Source: Promethearchaeota archaeon
GTDB taxonomy: Archaea > Asgardarchaeota > Hermodarchaeia > Hermodarchaeales > Hermodarchaeaceae
Reading direction: 5' to 3'
Assembly: GCA_048939245.1 (NCBI GenBank)
Contig: JBHLPR010000002.1
Span: 1 to 64,000 of the forward strand
DNA: 64,000 nucleotides
In this document: positions 56,801 through 64,000 of the stretch, one piece after another
How the letters are laid out: every line of letters begins with the position of its first letter
Position numbering within the stretch: position 1 is the first letter of the stretch
The notes under the pieces: generated by a model
What the model saw: the letters and a program-made list of their open reading frames with translations, nothing else
Databases searched by the model: none
What the model was told of the DNA's origin: nothing
Program-made: the position numbers and the translations under genes

Positions 56801-58788
56801 TACCAGGCATTCCCTCCGTCCAAACACACATCTTTGGTTATACATTCCTCAAATCCTGTAATCTCTTATCCTCAGGATATTTTGAACTCCAAGCACCCAT
56901 CCCCATTTCACCATCTACTTTAGGTCCACAAAATCTCTCTCTCATTGCTTTTTTTCCCGGAACAATTCCTGCTTATACACGATATTTTGATATCTGTACA
57001 GGCTGGGGTTCACTCACTCTCACCACTAACATCTCTCCAAGTTCAACCATCCCTCGGAGCATACCACTTAGTGCATCCATCCAACTCGGTCTCTTAGGGT
57101 CCACTTCTCCAATTGATTCCCTCGGAAATGGAACTGTTTCGGTTACAGTTACAACAACTTCTCACACCTACTCCGCTTCTCAACAGGGAACGAACCAATA
57201 TGTTGTATCAATCCCCACTCAGACTCTAGCCCCCACTAATCATATTCTTCGCATCAATGCCAGTATCCCCTATTGTAGCCATCACTCTGAAACTATCCTC
57301 ATCACCATTGTGGTTTTCGAGACTCACCTGACAATGGAACAAATCTTCCCTGACACACCAGTTCTCTTTGATCCTGCCACTTTAACCATTGGGCTTTGGA
57401 ATGATAGTGGAATACCTCTTGGTGGTTATCAAATCAGATTCAATATAACACGACCTGGAGATACCAGTCCCTCTCACTCAATAAATACAACCACCGATGA
57501 AAACGGTCTAGCCTACTTCTCGTGGCTCCCAGATTTATTAGGGGAATGGCAAGCGATTTTTACATTTGCTGGACAGGACATGTACACTGCAAGCCAGAAT
57601 AGCTCAATGATTTACATTCACCGACGATCTTTAGGTTGTACAATTACGCTGTTTCCATCTTCAACGCTTTTTGTGGGAAATCTCAGTGCTATTCATATCA
57701 AGGTTTTCGACGGTCTTAATTCCTCCCTCCTTCCTGGCTTGTTAATAAATTTTTACGAAGACAGTCTCCTTCTCACTTCTAGTATCACTAATGAAACCGG
57801 TGAGGCTATTTGCCATTGGTATGCCACGGCTCCAGCAGGTCTTCGAGAACTACGGATTGAAATTACAGGCACAGCAACGCATGAACCATGGACCTCGTCA
57901 CCGCTAGCATATCTCATTCAAGACACTACAACCATTTCGATATCTAGTAACTCTACAACACTTTGGCTGGGTGAAACCGTTCTTTTGGATATTTACATCA
58001 ACAGCTCAGCCTCCGGCCCTCCCAACGGAACCGCATCTATCTACTTGGATGGAGCTTGGCAAAAAGATGTGCTGATTATCCAAGGATCTGGAACCACTCT
58101 ACTTCCCATTTCATATACAGAACTTGCTGGTGAACACTTAGTCGTTGTACTCTTCGGCCATCTGGAAACCCCGGATATTTACCTTGAAAATTCTGCAGCG
58201 CTTTTTCTTACGCTTCGTAGTGTCACCGTGCCAACAATCATATTGATAGTCAATCCTCTCGAGATAGATGATCTGCTCTTACAACCCACAATCGAGATTA
58301 TAGTTCAACTATCATACACCACTATAAACAGCTCTCACGGACTTTCTGCAAATCTTACAGTACAAGTATACACTCAAGATGCTGCCCTCCTCTTCACCCT
58401 AGACCTTCTCACTAATTCCAGTGGTTTCAGCCAATCATTTTTTTCCACTCCCCAACCGGGTCTATATTCGATTACAGTTCTATTCGAGGGACGTCGAGGC
58501 TTTTCATCCTGTTCTGCAACAACTCCTTTCCTAGTACGCTATCCCTACAACCGTATGAGTGACATTGCTTTTTCTCTCCTTCTTGGATCGCTAGCTGTGA
58601 TGATTATTGGATTCATTATAGGTATCTTTGCTTATATTCGTCTTCAGAGGCAGCTAAACGGCTTCCTACGCCGGATACAATCAAACCAGAATCCGGTTAC
58701 CCAATCACAATCAGCTCCTCTGCAATCCCTTGACCCATTAGAATCCGAAACGCCATCAAGTAATGAAGCTGATATGAGAAGTGATTAA
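53851..58788 (+). CDS. Giant surface protein: prenyltransferase/squalene-oxidase (PFTB) repeats + Ig-like domains + C-terminal TM
   Basis: Repeats YLLACQ..SGGF, FIINCQ...GGF, YILDQQYPNGGW and YLLDCC.PWGG; Ig-like TTDENGLA, TNETGEA and TNSSGF motifs; N- and C-terminal hydrophobic helices. Confidence 0.85.
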   Translation: MPENLKHVSAFITYCLFLAPILAGLLITPTQLPIVATLDTASPSSPTIPIEFPALDSQSSNDIKKYHNSIISEGPAPKEFLPVFSLGNLLLLFGNFVNESSQEPVEAWETLFHNLGFDTTTQHLDNFSQSPDFDLIVVTPSVGTSNNSFGVTLTQAQLLGNCTQPILLLGYGHEVLDQLHGFNPFTDFIPSVERYLWSPDKTLQIFTLPHLIPIISGRFGIYSEHISYDAYRQSALPSKTAILGTNYAGSGSQLLWFRDYPYNSHIYYWGINRAENLNSDGWQFCENLLHWLIRPPIQQRLGATLAKWQLVSNDDYWAVQGAGGFGYPLEPSLRFSYYVIKIVETHGLPVNLSSWKSWLGQTYNSDLGCFEDLASPQLHDRCITTGMAVLMAEALGILTWFNQTRIRDYLLACQDTTSGGFFTELGSIHTSVMATHFAIESLAVLNQLPSINTSAVVDFIINCQELNPLNSEFGGFYSSASGGLSASLVYATDALLTLQTLDALSAINQSALLAFIAMCEEPVGSAIFDTKYTMDTEERVLGTACAIQLLDILGALNHYDTNSSRAYILDQQYPNGGWGRGDSAHDYHNSPDETGQSVRALALTGGLGPAETNLTNYLLDCCTPWGGATEPVIFGDFLVSTDIVLALWQIEAREQMNLSAFLSYLESCWSPTRTSFVAHQLPDIVGTDSDSPSPDRIVLEAGTFGPLYHYSYSQLITSLGLSGEPWTTRSTQIRLEIEACQTTAVGYAGMLGFHHLYVGHETDTTFRFDTTCWNLMAHQALGGQPTDLDNASAILTYLASCLQSNTTHQYFHDSIHLVPPPAPWREAEGYLTETWLGLQAYAYLDPSLSALDGDKLANYAISFLQENASVITTHYATEILFFLLETGLQPAALDTVDWTVIKSNLIDAFTFEGHLIDPSLPSGKWIPFLIVLGLQLVNRLQLLPHLDVNPILSFNGITYPTGILLLGENFTISASVIESRWGQLPGIPSVQTHIFGYTFLKSCNLLSSGYFELQAPIPISPSTLGPQNLSLIAFFPGTIPAYTRYFDICTGWGSLTLTTNISPSSTIPRSIPLSASIQLGLLGSTSPIDSLGNGTVSVTVTTTSHTYSASQQGTNQYVVSIPTQTLAPTNHILRINASIPYCSHHSETILITIVVFETHLTMEQIFPDTPVLFDPATLTIGLWNDSGIPLGGYQIRFNITRPGDTSPSHSINTTTDENGLAYFSWLPDLLGEWQAIFTFAGQDMYTASQNSSMIYIHRRSLGCTITLFPSSTLFVGNLSAIHIKVFDGLNSSLLPGLLINFYEDSLLLTSSITNETGEAICHWYATAPAGLRELRIEITGTATHEPWTSSPLAYLIQDTTTISISSNSTTLWLGETVLLDIYINSSASGPPNGTASIYLDGAWQKDVLIIQGSGTTLLPISYTELAGEHLVVVLFGHLETPDIYLENSAALFLTLRSVTVPTIILIVNPLEIDDLLLQPTIEIIVQLSYTTINSSHGLSANLTVQVYTQDAALLFTLDLLTNSSGFSQSFFSTPQPGLYSITVLFEGRRGFSSCSATTPFLVRYPYNRMSDIAFSLLLGSLAVMIIGFIIGIFAYIRLQRQLNGFLRRIQSNQNPVTQSQSAPLQSLDPLESETPSSNEADMRSD

Positions 58789-59206
58789 CATGGTAAGAAA
58801 ATACAAAGTAATCCAATGTCCTAACTGCTCTGCGTATACCTACATCCCCTTTAGTGCACACCAAAATTCTTGTCCTCGATGCAACTTCCAGCTTGCCTTC
58901 CATGAGTTAGATGGCACTCTTGTCTCCACAGTTCAGGAAGCCCAAAAACATGTTCGAGAACAACAATATGCTCTCCATAGTATGATTCCACTGGATACTA
59001 GTCTCTGCCCTGCAAAGAAAGTACTTCAAATCTTGCGATCCTTTCCATCCGATAATCCTCAGTGGCTCCCTATTCATGAAATCTTTCAACGTTCCATCGA
59101 AGCCGGACTACTACCCAAAGAAGTACAGGAAGCAATTGATATTCTCACAGCAGAAGGCTTTCTCGAAAAACGGGATGACACCATCCGTGCTGTTCCTCTC
59201 AACTGA
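58781..59206 (+). CDS. Zn-ribbon (DUF1922-like) + winged-helix protein
   Basis: CPNC...CPRC, EAQKHV, and C-terminal IHEIFQRSIEAGL...AIDILTAEGFL wHTH. Confidence 0.75.
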   Translation: MINMVRKYKVIQCPNCSAYTYIPFSAHQNSCPRCNFQLAFHELDGTLVSTVQEAQKHVREQQYALHSMIPLDTSLCPAKKVLQILRSFPSDNPQWLPIHEIFQRSIEAGLLPKEVQEAIDILTAEGFLEKRDDTIRAVPLN

Positions 59207-59330
59207 CAAGTCTGGTTGAGCTACTTATTTATAACGTTTCATTTTTTACTTCAGACCTAGTCGCAATTCTAAAGGGTTTCACCGTAAGGCATATAAACAA
59301 ACCAAATTTCGCCAGCTCAACGAAGAACCC

Positions 59331-62300
59331 ATGAGACGCGTCTCAGTCCCCACACTGGTATTCATTAGCTTACTACTAGGTAGTCTCCACTCAGTGAACC
59401 TTCTCATTGAAGTATCTCCGTTTGCAGTTCTTGCCATCCCCACTGAAAAGTCACTGAATACAGCCCCATCCCTTCCTTATTCTAGCGCTGTTTCTCCACC
59501 TGGATCGTCCCCTCCATCCGTAGCTTATGTGACAAATACCTCAGACCTTGCCTGCTGGCAACGCAGCTTCGCAAACCGTGTGAATGAGACGCGTCTATTG
59601 GGTCTTCTCAATTCACTCTCGAGCTTCGATTGCCGTCATCCCTTCAACACCGATGGGAACGCTTCAATAGAATTGGTTACTTCCTATCTCACATCGATGG
59701 GTCTTCCTTATACTAGTGACTGGTTTCTAATCCCCAAGGAAATATGGACAGGTTCTGGGTATGTTTATCAGAATTACTGGACACGAAACCTCTATCTCAC
59801 TCCCTGGGAAGTTAATCCCTCCGCACCAACTCTCATTGTCACCTGTCATCTTGATTCCGCACGCCATGGATTACTCGGAATGTCGACGACGAATGCCCCA
59901 GGAGCAAATGACAATGCAGCAGGTATAGCATCAATTCTCGAAGCTCTTCAGATCCTAGCAAGAAGTTCTGAATCCTCCCAGAATTGGAATGTTCTCATCG
60001 CATTCCTCGGGGGCGAAGAAGGAAATGGCACACTCTCCTTGTTAGGCTCTCGACAACTCCTCTCTCATGGACTTGAGACATTAGCAATCAATCCTTCCAC
60101 TTCCTTTGTTCTCAATATTGATGAAATTGCTTATCAAGGAGCCATCAGTCCCTCAACCCTTGCCTTGTATCGGTACCTTGACGATGAAATTGCTCCACTC
60201 CAACTGCCCCTTACCATGACTTCAGAAAATTTAAACGTTAAGTTGATTGATACTCAAAGCCCGCGTACGCCCGATTTCGCAGCAATTCAAAGTGATGCTG
60301 GTTGGTGTATTTCAGAATGGGCCTATTACACAAATAATATTCCCTCTCTAACGATATCCACAAGTCCCTACCCAGACCCCTATAAACATACCATCTATGA
60401 TGGAATCTCACGTTGTAGCCTTGTTAACATCGTAAACACAACCAAACTATTCATTGGGCTCATTCTAGCCCTCACAATTGACCTCCCTGCGAACTCCCCC
60501 AATAATGCTGCTGCTTGGCTACCAATCCTCTCGCAGGAGGCTAACATCACTACCACTGATTACCTAGATCCCTCTCTATCAACCTATCAAGCTCTTGTAT
60601 TGGATCCCCTCATTACCATCGATGCCAGTGTCACCGCTCAACTACTCCAGGCTTCGCTTCCTCTGCTCTTACTCGGAAACGCTGGTGCCTATTTTCTTCA
60701 CCTCTCCAATGGCTTTTCCGTCACAACTCAAGGAATCCTTGCTCTGCAGGTCCAAGGACTCAAAGCCTTTCATCCCATCATTCAAAGTCCTTGGCTACTT
60801 GAAAACGAAAATGCACAACTATTTCAGAACTGTTCAACTGTCCACGCAGTTTCCTCCATCTCTGCAAGTCTCGTCCTCGTGGGCAATTCTACGTGGTGTT
60901 CATTGGTGTATTTACCACCCCCACTAATGGAGCTCCCGACACTATTTCTCGGATTAGATTTGCCGGAAAGCCAAATAAGCAAACAAATCTGCGCACAAGG
61001 GTTAGCCTGGCTCTTAGATAACAACCCAGTTGGAGTCTGCTTAGGAGTCAATCAACAAGCTCCTTCTGTAGGAGATTCACCCCTGCTCAATATTTTTGTC
61101 GGGGATTTAGCAAACTGGACAGGACACCCCAATGAGGCAATTCGACTCAACATCACGGTTCTTGGATCCTCAGAGGAATATCGCCTAATTACTAATGAAA
61201 CGGGGATTGCACAACTTGAACTCTTCCTTAAGGCACCCACACAATATGATGTTAAGGCACAATCGACATCTGGATTAGAATCCTTCTATACTCTCACGCC
61301 ATTATCTGTCTGTTCAGCCACCTTACAATATCCTCATTCCATCAAGCAGGGAGAGCGTCTCTCAGTTACTTGCTTCATCAATTCCTCTTGGGACACATCA
61401 GCTTACATCAATCTCAGTCTCTTTGCAGAAGAAGTAGGGGGCGTCTTCAAACCAAATCTACTTCTCATACCTGGTGAAAACTTCATTCATCTAAACCTTG
61501 AAATCCTTCCCAACTGTCCCCCTCAAACCTACAACCTCACCCTATTCATACACGCTTCTCCCCTCCTCTTATTTACCGACCAATTCCCATTGCAGGTACA
61601 GACGGCTTTCATACTCACTATCATCGAGCTTCCAGATAATACCTTACAGAATCAACCCTTTCCTTTAACAGTGAATCTAACAAACCTTGGGTCTCAGGGT
61701 AGGGCATTTGAAATCGTTGCTAATCCCAACTTCGTAGGAGCCACCCAAGTCATTATTCAAAGCAACGAGACTCGATCCATTACATTCCTCATTCAATATA
61801 TGCCCCAAACGGTCATAGACACAGGATTCCGTCAGCTGTCTCTCACACTCCTCACAATGAATCAACAAATCCTCACTATCGAAAATACACTATTTGTTGG
61901 CTACGCCATTGTCAATCTCGTCATTACCTTCCTCCCACCCATTTTCCTATGTGGACTCTGTATTCTTGGAATTTTCTGGTTGAGAAACGCAAAACGCTCC
62001 CAAAAACAAACACCGTCAGAAGCATCCGCGCCTCCAATAACTACTCCCTCAAATGAACAGGTAATGCAAATTCAATTGGGTACAAACTCCGGAGAAACAA
62101 GAACACAACTGCCAATCAACCCTCAAGTAAAGCGACAGTTGTCACAAGTAATCCAGAAGTTAAGACTAGCCAAAACCAGCTCAAAATACTATTCAAATGA
62201 TCGTATAGTCCTCGCCTGGGAAAAGAATGGTCAAGAACTCCACATCATTCTCCAAGGAGAAAACCACCAACTCATCCAACAGCTCTTCAGACTGCTCTCG

Positions 62301-62348
62301 GATTCAACCCTCTTTCAAACCCAACAAGGTGATTCAACTGATTTCTAG
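59331..62348 (+). CDS. Membrane-anchored M28 metallopeptidase with Ig-like domains and cytoplasmic tail
   Basis: CHLDS, GANDNAAG, GGEEG, NIDE and YKHTIYD ligand motifs; signal peptide; TM near the C-terminus. Confidence 0.87.
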   Translation: MRRVSVPTLVFISLLLGSLHSVNLLIEVSPFAVLAIPTEKSLNTAPSLPYSSAVSPPGSSPPSVAYVTNTSDLACWQRSFANRVNETRLLGLLNSLSSFDCRHPFNTDGNASIELVTSYLTSMGLPYTSDWFLIPKEIWTGSGYVYQNYWTRNLYLTPWEVNPSAPTLIVTCHLDSARHGLLGMSTTNAPGANDNAAGIASILEALQILARSSESSQNWNVLIAFLGGEEGNGTLSLLGSRQLLSHGLETLAINPSTSFVLNIDEIAYQGAISPSTLALYRYLDDEIAPLQLPLTMTSENLNVKLIDTQSPRTPDFAAIQSDAGWCISEWAYYTNNIPSLTISTSPYPDPYKHTIYDGISRCSLVNIVNTTKLFIGLILALTIDLPANSPNNAAAWLPILSQEANITTTDYLDPSLSTYQALVLDPLITIDASVTAQLLQASLPLLLLGNAGAYFLHLSNGFSVTTQGILALQVQGLKAFHPIIQSPWLLENENAQLFQNCSTVHAVSSISASLVLVGNSTWCSLVYLPPPLMELPTLFLGLDLPESQISKQICAQGLAWLLDNNPVGVCLGVNQQAPSVGDSPLLNIFVGDLANWTGHPNEAIRLNITVLGSSEEYRLITNETGIAQLELFLKAPTQYDVKAQSTSGLESFYTLTPLSVCSATLQYPHSIKQGERLSVTCFINSSWDTSAYINLSLFAEEVGGVFKPNLLLIPGENFIHLNLEILPNCPPQTYNLTLFIHASPLLLFTDQFPLQVQTAFILTIIELPDNTLQNQPFPLTVNLTNLGSQGRAFEIVANPNFVGATQVIIQSNETRSITFLIQYMPQTVIDTGFRQLSLTLLTMNQQILTIENTLFVGYAIVNLVITFLPPIFLCGLCILGIFWLRNAKRSQKQTPSEASAPPITTPSNEQVMQIQLGTNSGETRTQLPINPQVKRQLSQVIQKLRLAKTSSKYYSNDRIVLAWEKNGQELHIILQGENHQLIQQLFRLLSDSTLFQTQQGDSTDF

Positions 62349-62841
62349 CTTATATACTAGTCTTACAATTGCAGTTCTACTAATCTTCTTCCTTGAAACA
62401 CTTACTGCCATATGCCTTTATCGCCAACATCGAAACCACTTAAAATCCAAATCCACACAAAAGCTTCTAGTGCTTGTTAACTTCAATCATTCCTCTTATT
62501 CAACGCGTTACCCACTCAATACCCAAGATAACAGGATCCCCTCTCCACAAATCTCCAAACTCGCTATCAACGATTTATCTCATTTTCCGCCTCAAGGTAA
62601 GTGGATTCGATTCAAGCACAGCCTCTGCCTTTCCACCGTCTTTGTCATCTCTTTTCTTCTCCTCCACGTTATACTCAGACCTTACACGTCTTCATGGACC
62701 CTAATTCTTCTCCCCATTCTGATTCCGATTCCTTTCCTCGTCCTCCCCTCTCTCCTCAATTTAAAATCCTTTGCAACCTTTAGCTGTCTTTTGGGCGGAC
62801 TTGGCATAAGCGCGATTATTCTTGTCGTATTCTTAAGGTAA
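62329..62841 (+). CDS. Hypothetical membrane protein
   Basis: In-frame GTG at 62329 overlapping the M28 gene end; 4 hydrophobic segments. Confidence 0.55.
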   Translation: MIQLISSLYTSLTIAVLLIFFLETLTAICLYRQHRNHLKSKSTQKLLVLVNFNHSSYSTRYPLNTQDNRIPSPQISKLAINDLSHFPPQGKWIRFKHSLCLSTVFVISFLLLHVILRPYTSSWTLILLPILIPIPFLVLPSLLNLKSFATFSCLLGGLGISAIILVVFLR

Positions 62842-63180
62842 TGCAAAATATCTATACAAAAAATAAATTCAGTCCGAAAACCGAGTATTCAAATCCGAAC
62901 GTTGGGTACCAATACCTCCAGAACTTCTCGCCATCAAGTTGTAGAAATCTAGTCTCTCATAACTCTATTCAAACTCAGAAAATCGGTAAGCGACATTACC
63001 GACGAAGGATGTCTTCTATGATAGCTACGTGTCAATCTGCACTGCAAGAATCTGCCAAATATCTGTTAGCATTAAACTCATCCAGTTCTCCGTAATTCTG
63101 AAATCACATATTTATCCAGTTGCTAAACTTCTTATGGCTCCGATATTAAACTACCTTGAAAAATAATCAAGGGGATACAT

Positions 63181-64000
63181 GTGAGTACTACCCGGCTTGG
63201 CCGCGTTGCCAAAGAGGCACTGCTCCTCATTCGGAAATTTATGGGTCAGGGCGATTTCCAACGGGCATCCAATGCAGCCCTCAACGCGGCAGAAGCCTTC
63301 AACGAAATGGCCAAGCACTCCTCTGGATCCTCTTCCAAGCTTGCCTATCAACGAGCCCGGACCCTGGTGGAAATCACCAAAGCTCTAAGACGTGAAGAAC
63401 CTCTACCCGTCCATCTGGTTGACGCGCTGGACAGTTTCTTCCTTGAAGACAAAGAACCGCTACCCCCGCCACCGGTCAATGAAGAAGAATCACCAGTCCT
63501 AGAAACCACATCTACAGAAGACTCTGATGAATCGATGGAGCTCGAATCCGTCTTGCAAACCTCAGAAGCGATGGAGCCGACACTTCACCAACTACTCAAT
63601 GGAATTTCCATTGCTTGCACACTTGTTGAAATGCTAGAACGCGCAACCCAAAGCATTCGAATTATGGTCCAAAATCTGACTGATGTCAAAACAATTGCCA
63701 TTGGCACGGACTCCTGTGAAGTAAACCTCCTAGATCGGCTAATCGCAAAAGCGAACGAAGGTGTAAAAATCCGCATTATTATCCGCGAACCCGAAGCATT
63801 TGGTGCGGCTTCTAAGCACTTCCAAGAAGCTGTCGAAAAACTCCTCCAAGAAAGCCCAGCCATAGAAATCTTGGTGTGTGCTCAAATGCATATCAAATCC
63901 CTCATCGTTGATGAAACAGAAGTCCTTGAAGGTAGTGCGAATTTTACCGCGAAAGGGTTATCCGGAATTGGTGAACAAGCCACATGGACAAACAATTCTG
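63181..64000 (+). CDS. MIT-like helical domain + acidic/Pro linker + phospholipase D (HKD) domain protein, 3' end off window
   Basis: Not in the ORF track. GTG at 63181 after GGGGA; open to the window end; HIKSLIVD......GSANFT at ~63889-63948. Confidence 0.85.
   Translation, partial: MSTTRLGRVAKEALLLIRKFMGQGDFQRASNAALNAAEAFNEMAKHSSGSSSKLAYQRARTLVEITKALRREEPLPVHLVDALDSFFLEDKEPLPPPPVNEEESPVLETTSTEDSDESMELESVLQTSEAMEPTLHQLLNGISIACTLVEMLERATQSIRIMVQNLTDVKTIAIGTDSCEVNLLDRLIAKANEGVKIRIIIREPEAFGAASKHFQEAVEKLLQESPAIEILVCAQMHIKSLIVDETEVLEGSANFTAKGLSGIGEQATWTNNS

Noticed and set aside
62841-63095. 84-aa ORF and a TCGGTAA/TTACCGA hairpin
   Set aside because: No motif, atypical composition, and a single 7-bp stem is not significant.
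1-64000. CRISPR arrays, IS elements, rRNA, RNase P/SRP RNA
   Set aside because: No regularly spaced repeats, transposase motifs or conserved RNA cores found by inspection.

Overview
Archaeal chromosomal segment: gatDE, GGTGA-type Shine-Dalgarno sites, BRE/TATA promoters, AfpA and tungsten AOR. Gene style suggests an anaerobic heterotroph, possibly Asgard-type (inference only). Left to right it holds: (1) a tRNA-maturation block (gatE partial, gatD, RNase Z, SAMP/MoaD-like protein, tRNA-Arg(UCU)); (2) a compact regulatory module of an acyl-CoA ligase/GNAT fusion, a ribbon-helix-helix + multi-V4R-like regulator, a glutamate dehydrogenase with a duplicated N-terminal domain and a Walker-A-dead KaiC-like protein, tied together by clustered TG(T/A)ACA boxes; (3) nfnA and nfnB split by an SCP2/dehydrogenase/FGGY kinase/aldolase/AOR operon; (4) an MgtE-type pair; (5) a lipid/glycolipid-scavenging cluster; (6) transporters and methanopterin-related flavoproteins/ligase; (7) an unannotated 33-aa self-contained transcription unit and a GH3 enzyme; (8) an EamA-RAM fusion with a stand-alone RAM partner; (9) a ~12 kb pyrimidine-rich run of surface/membrane genes (prenyltransferase-repeat giant protein, M28 peptidase), ending in a gene missing from the ORF track that encodes a MIT-like helical bundle fused to an HKD phospholipase-D domain. 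No CRISPR array, rRNA or mobile element was seen. All calls come from reading motifs by eye; no database searches were run.
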